From NCBI RefSeq assembly GCF_041956535.1, contig NW_027192193.1, positions 450,235 through 514,234 on the forward strand: a DNA stretch of 64,000 bases, read 5' to 3'. Of the stretch, positions 1 to 12,540 are shown in pieces. The notes beneath the pieces were generated by a model. It was not told the origin of the DNA, did no database searches, and worked only from the letters and a program-made list of their open reading frames with translations. The stretch is from Calcarisporiella thermophila CBS 279.70 (lineage: Eukaryota; Fungi; Calcarisporiellomycota). Every line of letters starts with the position of its first letter. The stretch's first letter is position 1. The position numbers and the translations under genes are program-made.

Positions 1-270
1 AGTTACTCTTAAAAAACGATTTCCGTAAGAGTAGCATTTTTATTACAACAAATATCAAAAGGGTGAGAAATATGAATATAAATAAAGCATAAGAAGAAAT
101 ATGCTTGTCGTGAAAGTAATGATCCATCCGATACAAGAAATCAGGGTTAGTAAAAGTTAAATGTACATAAAAACTTTTGGTTGCGTGTTATGTAAAAATG
201 AATATAAGAAATGAAAATACTACAAAATGTAATTTTCAAAGATGAGAATAGAGTCCATCAATTTTATGTT

Positions 271-795
271 TTATACAGAGTATGCAGGAGGCCTGTCCAG
301 ATTTTCGTAAGCAGGTGGAGCCTCTAACCACTCTTCCTTTCCATCCCGTCTCATCAGAGGGTTTCTCTTTCTTGCCATGGTCTCGCTCTCCACAATCATG
401 TTCAAGTAATCTCGGAATGTATCTTCGCCTTTCCCCATCCATAATTCAATTTTCAGACTTTCTCCGTTCAACAATGTGGCCACTATAAGTAAAGATCGTT
501 GGATTGTCCTCTTAACAACCTGAATTTTATGGCATCTTGCTAAAGAAAGGGAGAAGCTCTGAAGCGGAGAGTGGGAATGGGTATTGGGAAGTAGGATAAG
601 TCGGTGTGAGGTGAGAAATAGTCGACCCCGGATTGTTTTTCCATTTGCATTGTGAACTTGGGGGAATGAAAATTGAATCTTCTCATCTTGGAAGTAAAAG
701 CCTTCTCCTTCTTCTGGTACTGGCACTAACGCCTTATCTTTAGGGCGAGAGTGAAGGAGGACGGTGTTGAAAAACGAATTAAAGTATAAGCTCAT
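271..795 (-). CDS. WW-domain-binding protein 2 (WBP2)-like GRAM/PH-like protein
   Basis: Single-exon 174-aa ORF; GRLFLTSHRLI GRAM-like motif; two C-terminal PPxY motifs (APPAYE, RPPAYS). Confidence 0.75.
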   Translation of the reverse strand: MSLYFNSFFNTVLLHSRPKDKALVPVPEEGEGFYFQDEKIQFSFPQVHNANGKTIRGRLFLTSHRLILLPNTHSHSPLQSFSLSLARCHKIQVVKRTIQRSLLIVATLLNGESLKIELWMGKGEDTFRDYLNMIVESETMARKRNPLMRRDGKEEWLEAPPAYENLDRPPAYSV

Positions 796-1257
796 ATTAC
801 ATGAATTTTTTAGTTTTCGTCTATAATAACAGAATTAAACGTTTCCTTATTTTCAGAAAACGCAAGCATATATATAGAGTGTTTAACGACTTATCCTTTT
901 GAGTCGCCGTTGGCTTGGCCCTCGGAAGTAAAGTCGTGGAAAATTCTTGAACGAATTTTATCAACCCAGAAAGATTCCATTTTTAGCATATTAAAACTGA
1001 AAATATTCAGATAAAATATTCCAAAAAAAAACAGTAGGTGACTAGCTATGAGTTGAAATTTGCTCATTTCGGTGTGGAACAAGGGCTTTGTTTCCAGGCA
1101 ACCCAAATGTTTCTTCGAAAAAGAGAATCTAGAAAATACCCAAATTTTCTTCGACGTAAAGAATAAAAGGAAATTTTCAGGCAACCTTTAATAACATCAT
1201 TCACAAAAAAAAAAATAAACACAAACATAATGCATACCACTAATTTTCCCACTCCTC

Positions 1258-2284
1258 CTATTTTTTAATTGCTGCCATCCTTTGTCTCTCGCCTTCCAAC
1301 TAATGAAAAATCGAGTTCAAAATTAGCACCCAACTATAACTATCGATATAATAATAAAAAAAACTTACCACTTTCTGTACTCGGGCTAAGGTTCCAGCCG
1401 CAGGTGCATTCGCAAGGCAACTCTCAGCAGTGTACGGAGGGCGAATCACTACCTCATCCAAGACAATAATCGTGTCTTTGTGCCATCGGCATGGTAATCT
1501 AGATATTATATAAAATAGGTTAAAATTTTTTCGTCTTGCTCTATATCGGTCAAAAATGAATAAATTTGGTAAATTGAGATAGAGTGTATATCCCCTGAAA
1601 GACACTCTTCAGCTTGAAGTTAAAACGGGAAAATAGTTCGTATACATAATGTATATGCATTGGAGTCGCAGATACATTGCGTTATTAACAAGGCAATAAT
1701 AAAAAGCATGGCCAACTTACGTCTTGCTCAATGCGTCGAATATTTCTTGGGCTTCTCGTGTCACTCCAACACCAATTCGCGATAGTGATGTCCAAGTTTC
1801 TTGTATAGCCCGCTTCTCACGTCCTTTTATCCGGTCAATAGGTACCGGTCCCACGGCCGGTTCCACTGTTGCAAACGTACTCACATCCCAGCCATTCGAT
1901 TCCCCAAGTGGCGTGACTTCCTTGATGCAATTCGTTTTGATGATGCGATAATCCCGCTTCGTAATACCTTCAGTAGAAGTAGTGCAGGATGGGCGAGGAT
2001 ATTGAGTATGGGTTGGTTGATGTGCGCACTTGGAATTAAAAAAATATGCGGAATGATTTGAATATTAATTCATTTAATATATACTAGTATTACATCATGT
2101 GGATATTGGCTCGAATACTTACTTCAATGGCCAAACAGTTAATCACGGGATCAAAGGCAAATATTTTGCCCTCAAACTCTTCATCGTTCACCGTTTTAAT
2201 GCGAACCCAAACATCAAGCATCCACTCAAGCCCAGACTCTTCCACAACACCTCCTCCAGTCTTGGTACGCTGTAGCGTTTCCAT
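1258..2284 (-). CDS. LSM12: LSM12 homolog (Lsm domain + anticodon-binding domain), 4 exons
   Basis: N-terminal VRIKTVNDEEFEGKIFAFDP Sm-like fold; later exons give LPCRWHKDTIIVLDEVVIRPPY...LARVQKV|LEGERQRMAAIKK*; GTAAGT donors near 2121, 1720 and 1368. Confidence 0.88.
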
Positions 2285-4495
2285 CCTGAGCTTGAAATCA
2301 AATATAATTAATTAAATTACGATGGATCAAACTCTTCAATGAGAAGAGAGCGAATTTAGATATGCGTCCTCCTAGCTTTTCCAGAAATCTTAGTGAAATA
2401 GGAGCGAATCTTGATTAATTTATTATTCAAGGAGCGATCGATGATCTTGTTTTGTGTGTCACGTCTTCCTTACTCTCTCTCGTGGTCCTGAGAGGATATG
2501 TATATCTAAGAGATAGAAATCGTCATCAATGCTGCGCCTCATAATTATTGGTCCTTAAATCACATTTACTTCCAAGATTTTACACTTGATTGGACAGATA
2601 TTGAAATAAAGTAAAATATGTTTCTTTCATATTGATATGGTTTATTTATGCAAAGGTTATAAAAAGGCACGGTAGAATAATCGAGTTCAGATAAAACTAT
2701 ATATTTATAAGCAACTTTGACATGGTGACATCAACTAGTAAATATTAATTAACCAATTTTATTCGCTTTCTAAGAAGGGTATTCTATACTAACACAATAT
2801 TTAATAAAGCTCTTTATCTATATCTTACTCGTTAATATTGGGCAAATATGTATAAAACTCGAAAGAAATCACAACTAATCCCAGATAATGCTTAGTAGGA
2901 TGTTTGTCATAATAGTAAATGCTTATATATTAAGAATTACAATCATATTAGTATATAATTGCAGGGCATTTGAAACTAACAAAACTCTATTGACTAAACT
3001 CATAATATCACCCAGGAACTCACTGATCTTCATCCTGAAGTTAGAGAGAACACTTTACTAGCAGCAGCATTTAAAAGGAGATTTTTTTATGTAATTTTTT
3101 TAATGTCCTAGAGCCAGTAACGGTTTATAAGAACCTAGCATTAAAGAATTGATAATGCTTTGCCTTTTCATTTTGAATTAAGTGGTTTAAATACTTAAGA
3201 AATATCTGGCTTAACTATTCGAAACGTCGAAATATAGCTCTGATATATGTTAATACATATATTTTCTATATATGGAAAGTAATATTTGATTGGATCAAAT
3301 GCAATGATTGGCTTAATAAGATCTAATGATAAAATAACTCTTCTTTGAAAAATATAAAAGAGCAATGTTAGTCCAAGGGGGATTAACTACGCGATATTCT
3401 TTTTATAAACTCGAAAACCACAGTGGTGATTCAGCTAGTGTGGATATTTTATCAAATCATAAGCTATGGCTGACAAACATTTTATCATTTGACCATGAAT
3501 TTCGACCCGCTTTTTCTCAGAGATTAATATTTTAAAGTGCTTAGGGAATTGTACCGTAAACTGGATTGTTCATGGCAATGTTATTTGAAAACGATTTTAT
3601 ATTAAACGAGCCGCACCCTACACGCTAGAAATTACTATATTGAAATAAATGCGTTTGAATACTTAGAGCAAGACAATTGATTTACTATATACCTTATGTT
3701 CAAGGATCATAAACTTAATAATATAATGACTTAATCCAAATTAAATTAATTTTACCTTTGAAATGTAAATAGAGATTTAAAGCACTCTATGAATCAATGT
3801 ATTAATTATTTAAACTTTGTATACAAGTGGAGGATTGCAATATCCCTGAGCTACTCTATCATTTTTCAAGTTTGATATATGTTTAAATTTGCTGTATTTT
3901 TCATGATTATTTCTTTTGCTATCGATGAGAGGTCTACAACTTGGAATTTAAAATACAAATAAAAGATATTTAATTGTTCTCGTTGGGATAAAAGTATAAA
4001 CGTATCCCAGTCTTTCAACTAATGATTGATTAGCCTTGTTTGAATTAAATGCGGAGTTTGAATTATGGGTTACCATTAATAATCTAAATATCTTTCAAAG
4101 CAATGTTTAACAAAGCCTATAATTACAATTGTTTTCTTTACTTTATATTTTCATTGCAAACAAAGAATTGGCCTTAGCTTAAGTATCATTCTATCAATAA
4201 TATGTCAATTATGAGTGATCTTTCATCTTTTTAAAATTATACCGTCTATATTGGTTATATTATTTGAGCGGGTTTGATAGCTAAATTTATTCGATTAAAA
4301 TTTTCAAATTAGTTGAGGACTTGAGAATAATAGTGAAAGGGATAACAGCAGGAGAAAATTGTATGAAGCTGTAGGAAGATGAGAAAATTTATTGAGCTAA
4401 AGCAGGGTCAAACTTTTTTTGCACAACTTTGAAGCAAATGATGTATTCAAATTTTCAGACATATGGGATATTTTTGCAAATCAAAAATTGAAGTC

Positions 4496-5065
4496 CTAGT
4501 GCAGTACGGGATAATCTATTAGTCTCTCGCCTTCCAACGAGGAGAGGAGTTCTCTGAGCTCGCGGACCACTTTTTTCAATGTAAAGATCGATCGGTTGAG
4601 TCCGAAACTTGGCTTCCCTTCAAGTAGTCGGCGTGATTGCTGCCGCTCGTCCTCTAAATCATTCAATACGACTGCAAGTTCTCGGATGACGCGCCGGAGA
4701 ACTCTCAGTATCCGAAATCTCCCAAACTCCTGCCTGGCCTCAAGTTTCTTCGGCTTTTCCTTGAGCGGGATATTAATCAACTTGTCAGCCTGGAGAGGAT
4801 TCTCAAGGGCATTCAGAACACGGCTGAGCGAGAAGATAGATGTCCACATTATCTTTTCCATACGATCGATGGTGGAGCGTGAGAACTGGACCGGCTTCTC
4901 TGGCTTAATGGGCACAGTTTCTACTCGGGCAGCCGGGGTGGGCTTGATATTGGCTGCAGCTCCAGTCTTTGTAGGCGCAACGGAGACAGCTGCTGAAGCA
5001 TTGAGAACAACCAAGACAACCAGCGTGAAGAAAACAAAGAAACTGAGCTTAATAGTTTTACACAT
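4496..5065 (-). CDS. Orphan secreted protein with repeated amphipathic helices
   Basis: ATG at 5065 starts a signal peptide (MCKTIKLSFFVFFTLVVLVVLNASA); TATAAATA at about 5173-5180; intronless 189-aa ORF. Confidence 0.7.
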   Translation of the reverse strand: MCKTIKLSFFVFFTLVVLVVLNASAAVSVAPTKTGAAANIKPTPAARVETVPIKPEKPVQFSRSTIDRMEKIMWTSIFSLSRVLNALENPLQADKLINIPLKEKPKKLEARQEFGRFRILRVLRRVIRELAVVLNDLEDERQQSRRLLEGKPSFGLNRSIFTLKKVVRELRELLSSLEGERLIDYPVLH

Positions 5066-6243
5066 TGCAAAAATCTGGGTTATAGGGAGGTTTTTCTTTT
5101 GGTTGAATAGGTTGCTGGGAAGATAGAGGAGATGCTTTGTGTTTTTTGGGTAGTGAAGCAGGTTCGCTTGGATATTTATACACACTCGCTGAGCGTGGAA
5201 TGCAATGGTTTGCCATGAGCTTCTTCTACTAAATGAAGAGCATGTTACAGAGGTAATTTATTTTTAACCTTTCTCATCTTGGGCAAATAAATGTATTTGC
5301 CCTGGCTCTTCTCGCCCATTTAATAAGCTCAATTTTTTTTTCATTTTACGAAAGTCTGTCTCCAAGCAATGATAAAGGCATAATCCTCTATCGACATAGT
5401 TAACTGCCATAACTGATTGCCTACCTCTTCATCTTCAGCTGAATTAGATATTTTACACTGCCTCTATTGCAAAATTTAAAACTATACTCTAATAATGTTA
5501 CTTCATGAAGCCTGGGATCAAACAAAATAAAGAGCATAGTGAAAATACCTCATTTCTCCAGTTCCACCCAATTTTAGAGGCTTCCGTTATAATGTTTCGC
5601 AGGGAAATTTTGTCCCCAATGAACAAGTCTAGGATATAGAGTATTTTACCTTAAATAAATTTCAGCAAAATGACACTAAAAAAAATATAGTTTGGGGTTT
5701 TTCAGTGTAATGGTCAGCAGGATATTCCTACGAAATCAAATTTTAAAGTTTTTTATTTTCTAGCATGATCTAACAAGTAAATATATAAGGATTACACCAT
5801 CGATTAAAAAATAAGAAAATGAGAGAATTTACTCGACATGTTATTTATTCCATTTAAGGTAAATAACCTAATAATATCCTAACCTATCAGTAAATAACTC
5901 TCTCTACGGATGCTATAGCTAAGCTATTCAATACCAATAGTATATAGGTAGAATAGTTATAATTTTTTTAGAAGGCTTTTGATATGTTGCTGACTTATTT
6001 TCCAGATAGCTTAGTTTTCTAATTTCTTTTCACTTATTCCTGTTCCTTTTCTGACATTTTCAATCACAAATTTTTAAAATACGTGTGTACAACAGAGACC
6101 ACAAACCTCTATAAGGTTTGCCCAACTTCAAAACTTTGTTATCTGAGGTTTGTTATTTCTTTTTCATTTCTTCGCTGTTGGTGAGCCTCTTATGTTTGTT
6201 AACTAATATACCCTTTCATAATATAACATACAACTTCAACAAA

Positions 6244-9200
6244 ATGGATCTAACCAGCATGCCACCAAAATCATCAACTCGCGATCATTCCACTGCTAGT
6301 AAATCAGAACCTCAGCAGACTCAAAAGCCGTCTAGAAAAAGGAGAGGGCGGAAGAAAAAACAGCCACAGCCATTAGAGGAACACGTTAATAATTTAACTC
6401 ATTCTACATCAAAAGAAACAGCTACGCCTATGGCTGTAGAGTTAAATCAGGCACCTGGAGATTCTTCTGAAGGAACATTAATCCATAAAATATGTAAGCT
6501 CAATATTTTTTTTTTATTTTACTTTATATTAATCCACAAAATCTTGAAATCTTTAACTGGAAAATCTTTTTTTTTTTGCACTACTATTAATCTTTAATAT
6601 ATTTTCTCCCTTCATTATAACACTTTATTTATTTTTTTATGTTAGTTGCCAATCGTGGTCCCAACAAACGTCGTATCAAAGTAAAACTTGCAGATGATAT
6701 GAATATATCAGTGGACGAAGACTTAAGCGAGGATGATGCGGATTTTGTTTTTAATGGATTACCTGATGAGGACGAGTTGAGCGATGTAGATTCTCACAGC
6801 AGCCAATCTGAAGATGAGGCGAATAAAGTGTACAAGGAAGATGATGAAGAAAAATATTCGCCGCAAAAGATCGCTGAGTGGTTAGCAGAATGGGTAAGAC
6901 TCGATATTTCGTATTGTTGACATGGCAAGTTTATATCATAATTTTTTATATTCTTCTTTAATGTAGAAGGACAAAGACCCTGAAGTGTGTTGTGTTTGCA
7001 CAGAAAACAGCACATCGGACAACAATGTTTTCGTTTATTGTGATAATCCTCGCTGTGAAGTTTTAGTTCATCAACGTATGTTTAAATGATGTAGCAGTGT
7101 TACAACATACTTCCATTTATTTAACTTGTCGATTTACAGAGTGCTATGGGATCACAAAAGTGCCTGGTCCTGATGAGCCCTGGTACTGCGATCGTTGCAA
7201 AGCACAGCCTGGTGAATTAGTGGTAAATCATTAATTTTGACACCATTTAATGATTGTTTAGAGTTTACTAATTTTCAAAATTTCAGTCTTGTGTCCTCTG
7301 CCCAAACACTCATGGGGCATTTAGAAAGCTAGTAGACGAAGACCCCAGTCAAGGATGGGTGCACATTGTCTGTGCTCTCTGGATGCCTGGCTCTAGTTTC
7401 CATGACCGCGAGAGACTAGATAGCATTTCACTTAAGGGTGTCCCGGCTAAGCGATGGGGATTAGTAATACTTACTATTTTATTCACTGATTTGCAGGTTG
7501 GATATTAATATATTTTATTTTATTTTTCTTGTATGACATTATTTAGACATGTTCTATATGCGCTGATCCAGAGAAAGCTCGCGTAGGAGCTTGCCTCCAA
7601 TGCGATGCTGGTGGTTGTCGTAAAAGTTTTCATGTTTCCTGTGCTGAAGCGTACTCTTTAACCGAAGTGATTGAAGATACCCCCGAAATGTCCGACCCTT
7701 ATTTTGTATATTGCAAGCAACATGGCGGTGCTGGCGGTGGTGACCATAAGCTTAATGGATGGGAAAAATGGGTACGCAAAAGAGACAAGTTTTTAGCTGA
7801 AGTTGAAGCGTATCATTCACATCGGCGCGCAAATGCTCTCAAAGCTAAGTTCGAGAATTTAGAAATTATTGATATGACGGGTGTCGGGTTTTTAGAGTTT
7901 TGGGAAAGCCAATATGTAAAGGTATCGCGTGAAATGGAAGAAAGCATATCTAAGAAACGACGTGCTGTTGTGGCGCTAAGTGCACAGGTCAACGATCTCA
8001 CTGATCAGGCGAATAAAATTCGTAAAAATACTTCAAACGATATCGCGTCAAAATTGGAGCAAGCACGGCGCGAAAGGGAGACTCTGGAGCTTCAAATGGC
8101 TGAGCTCAGGCTATGTCTGAAAAGATGCTTCAGTATGATCGACCTATATAATCCTCAGACTCTACGTTTTCAGCCTGGAATACCACATTCAGATGATCCT
8201 GTAGGAGACTTCCGAAAACTTCCTCCCAATAGCCGTTGGAATGCAAATGCGTATGATATCATTCGATCAATTAAACTTGCTGAGACTCCAAGTGAAATAG
8301 CAAAAGTCAATGCTAAGGAATATTCGCCTATGCAGCCTGCAGCAATTCAAATTCAGCCTGAAATATCACCGCCTGGGCTATATTCTGGGTCAAATTCGAC
8401 TTCAAACACGAAAATGCGACAAACGAAACGTAAAGTTGGGAGGCCGCGCCTGGATTCGCGCGATAGTCCTCAACAAAAGCCTGCGCGCAAGAAGAGCAGA
8501 TTAATGCGGGCTCAAACTCCTCCATTATTTAGTCCATCTTCCGGTTTATCCAATGTTTCTGCTGCTACAAGCCAATCTGCAATGTCAGCGTCCACATTAC
8601 AGCCTCAAGCTAACCCAACTTCCACAGTTTCTGCATTAGCAACCCAAGAAGGGGAGCGCCTAGCCGACCAATCAATTAATCAGAATCCAGGAGCTTCGGT
8701 TAAATCGCAACAACCATCGCATGGTCCAGTTTATACCAACTCAGCAGTTTCATCAACTGAACATAATGCTGGCGGATGGCGGCAACCAACAGTGAGCAAT
8801 CTTCTAATGACTTCACCGTATCAGAGTTTCGATCCTTATTCTCATGAATCCCCCTATGACACGCATACTGGTTCATACGGAACCCACGCCTCTACCTCTG
8901 AATCGACCGAGTTGAATCCTTCTAATTCAACAAATGTACATGTGGCCCAACGTCCAATGAGCTTGCCTGCAAGAGTATCATCTCCACGAACGATAAAGCC
9001 ATTTACGTCGCCTGATGTTACACACAGTCAGGAACAGCCTTGTCAATCGTCGTTTGGGAGATTCTCTCCAGACCAACGTGCGTCCTGCCCACCCCCACCC
9101 TCCCATTCTTTAACTTGGTCCCCTGTTGCTTTAAGAGACATCCAGCAGAATTCAGAAACTCAATCAGGTAGCGGTTATTCTTCTGAGCCACTCCCGCCAA

Positions 9201-11282
9201 TGCCACCACCAACACGAGGTGTTTTTCACCCTGTAATTACTCAATCGCAGCACACTCCATCTTCTCAGCATTATGCATGGCCTTCGCCTAAAATTCCGCC
9301 TCCCTTTTCTCCAGATATCCATTCTGACCGACGGAGAAGCCTTAACCAAATTTCGGCTCAATCATCTCATGAAAGTGTGGCTATGTCCCCACAAACAGAG
9401 ATGGAAAACAACATACTACCCCCTATACAATCAAACGGTGGCCAAGTTGAGCCTTCGATGCAGCTGATTTCTTCGCGCCCCGATACTCACTTGCACTCAA
9501 ATTCTCAGCAATCCGATAATATGGTTGGCTCATCATTGCCTTCTACTACGCAACCTCTTCTGATACAGGCCGCATCTCCACGCCAGTCTGCATATAAATC
9601 CAACAACAATTCATCAACAGAGTACTATACTTCTCCTGAATATAATGCCCAGCAAGCAGATTCTTCTAGTGTCCAGATGGGAAATTCATTACAAGCTGAA
9701 GACAATGAGCGAAATAAGTTGCCTGCAGAGACAGTATATAAGAGAGGCACAGGTGAAAAATCGAAGCGCAAGTACAATAATCAATCCATCGGCCATGAAC
9801 CTGGGCAAATGAGAGATAATTCTTCATTAGATATATTGGAATATAAACCTGAAAGGAAAAGCAAATTAGCTACTAATGATCTTTCTGATGGAGGTTCTAA
9901 CAAATCTGCACCTACAGCTGTTAATGAGCCTACTCATAAGACAAACTTGGCGGAGACCTCAAGTGCAAAAACTTCAGGAAGTCCAGTCCCTTTAGCCTCT
10001 AATCGCAATGACCAGCCTGGAGTGATCGGTCCGCAACCACATATTGCTGAAGGAGCAAATATTATGATAAATAATACCCCTCCACATTCTTCTTCGATTT
10101 CAGTCTCATTTAAGCAAAAAACGAGTCCAGGTCTTCATGGAATCCCAGGATCAAGCTGTTTTCAACTCGAGAATTATGTACCACCTCCACCTAAGATAAA
10201 GAAGAAAGATCAATCTTCGATGCGTGTATTGTTACCTGCCCCTTCGCAATCAGATAGTGCTACTTCCAATATACCTGCTACACATAATCCAGCTGTTCAC
10301 ACTTTCAATGCAACCCTAAACAAGGGTACAACCGTGATATCTAATGGTTTGATTAGCGGTGAAGAAGTTTCGGAAAGAGCACAGGTACAAGAGCTATCAA
10401 AATTTAGAGCTGACTCGGTAAATGATTATTTAAGATTGTTTTAATGGCTTCAATAAGTAACTTTTGGAATATTATTGGGATAGCCCGCAAACGAAAGAGA
10501 TAGAGCAGTTAATGTTTCGAACTCACCTGTACCACAGTCCTCTGGTATAACTGCGTCCACCCTTATTCCGTTCAAAGAGGAACATAAAAAACCTTTGAAT
10601 GAGGATGCTCACCAGGAAAATACTTCGACACCAACTCCACGCCGTAAAGTTGGAAGACCACGAAAGCACCCTATTGCACCAGTAGCAGGAAGTGGTGAAG
10701 GCGATGATCGCAATGAAACAAAATTACGAGTGAACCGTCATTCATCTCGCCAGCCAGCTTCATCTCCTGTTGACAATAGTACCCCATCCCCCACTACTGC
10801 GCGTAGTTTAGTTCCCAAAATTTGTGATCTATGTCATCAACCACATTCCCAACCGCGACCTCAAGAAGAGATTGCCAGCCTATCCCCTACAGCTGCAAAA
10901 ATTGACCCCGACCATATCGTTACTTGCGCAGAGTGTGGAAGGTCATTCCATTATGGGTGTATTTGGCCACCAATGGGAAGCTTGCCAAAGAAGTGGGTTG
11001 ATGTATAGAAATCGTATTTTTGTCCTTAATTAATATGTCTTCTTATATATGTATAGAGGTTATACCTGGCGTTGCGGTGACTGCGAAAGCGATGCCCGTG
11101 CGAGAGTTCAATACAAAGAGGCAGAACGAAATTTGTTGCAGGTTGCTAAGAAACCGCATGCTGTTGGTAGTAGTGTGGACGTCAACGAAGGAGCTTCCAT
11201 CTCCAATCTTATTTCAGATATGTCAGATGAATCGCGACGATTGCGACGTAAATCCAATATTAGCTATAAAGATCAACTCTAA
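6244..11282 (+). CDS. PHF14-like PZP (PHD-Zn knuckle-PHD) chromatin protein with AT-hooks and C-terminal PHD
   Basis: Spliced exons give CCVC...YCDNPRC..VHQECYG..WYCDRC, CVLCP..GWVHIVCALW, GACLQCDAGGCRKSFHVSCA, DPYFVYCKQH; AT-hooks KRKVGRPR and RRKVGRPRK; C-terminal CDLC..CAECGRSFHYGC..WRCGDC. Confidence 0.85.
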
Positions 11283-11588
11283 GAGTATAATTAATATTGT
11301 AGTTATTACGTTTCTTTTTCCTTTTTGTGTTTATTTCATATTGTGTGTATAAGCTTATTCATTCACAAGCCTCCTTTTTACCTGCTACGTAAAATTATAT
11401 TGTGACTGTGTTTTGTAAAAAGGAAAAAAAAAAGTGAGAAAGGCCAGAAAATAAAATAAAATTTCTTTTCTTCTCTGTTCTCTGTGAAAAAGAAAATATT
11501 GCTGTCAAACAAAATATTCATTAGCAATTTTGGTCCTATTTTCTTCGCATATATTAATTTAAGTAATTTCTAGATAACCTTTTCCCTC

Positions 11589-12245
11589 ATGACACCCCCA
11601 CATTGGTCTGAAGAACGTAAAGATAATTGTGAGTAAACAAGCGGGAGAAATGACAATTCATGAGCATTTACGCTAAATGACACTTTTCATTTACTCGTCT
11701 TTTTTCAGCTATTGAAGCGCTCAATTCCTCACAAAAGACCAACCATCCAGATATACCCAATTCAGACGCAATACAACCACAAAATGAAGACTCTGCACGG
11801 GTCTCTACAACAGTTGGAACAAAACGTAAGCAATCAGTTGCTGAGGATGAGGACGAGGATATACCACCGCGTCCCAGCTTAGGGAATAATGCAGGGAATG
11901 GCGGAAATGGGACAGGATATAAATGTAATGTTTGTCGGAAGGAGTATAAGCATTTAAACTCACTTAGCAAGCATCAATGGGCGAGTGTTACATTTTCATA
12001 ATTCAGTTTAATGAGCAAAGAATATTAACTACAATTTTATCTCTCAGGAACATCATTATGCGTGGCAATCGGCATTACGTTTCAATTTACGAAAGAGTCA
12101 GCAAGTTGCTCTCATGGAGGCTGCACAGATACTGGTTGATATGCGGGGATGTTCTGCACCTTCTCCAACATCAACTGTACAAGCACAGGCAGCTACAGCA
12201 GGAGTGGGAGGAAGTGATACGGGAAGAGAACGTCATCGTAGATAA
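11589..12245 (+). CDS. Small fungal C2H2 zinc-finger protein, 3 exons (absent from the ORF track)
   Basis: Spliced product contains YKCNVCRKEYKHLNSLSKHQW|EHHYAW...QQVALMEAAQILV, resembling a conserved fungal C2H2 family; introns 11629-11708 (GT-AG) and 11981-12047 (GC-AG). Confidence 0.8.
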
Positions 12246-12540
12246 ATATTTTATTTATTATTTTTCCTAATTTTGTTGTGATTTTTCATGCAGGGAAATG
12301 AAAAAGAGTTAGGGGAGCTGGCACTGATAAATTTCACTTTTCTTTTTATTATATTCTCGCTATATATAAATTTTGAATATAAAAATTTCTTTCCTGTAAT
12401 TAAGAGTTGGAACAGTTATGTAACTGTTGAAATATGTCTTAAATTTATCTGAAATAGATCTTGTTTGAAACGTCATCATCGCGTTCTTACACTTATTTCC
12501 GAACACTCTTCAATCCCTAGATCTCAGTTTTCACCTTAAA

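Noticed and set aside
4596-5126. Long antisense ORFs (also 13447-13938, 25606-26109, 49917-50474, 58813-59388)
   Set aside because: Shadows of real genes on the opposite strand with no recognisable motifs.
5696-5730. tRNA-like start GGTTTTTCAGTGTAATGGTCAGCA (A-box/D-arm)
   Set aside because: No anticodon stem, no GTTCRA T-loop and no acceptor-stem partner follow.
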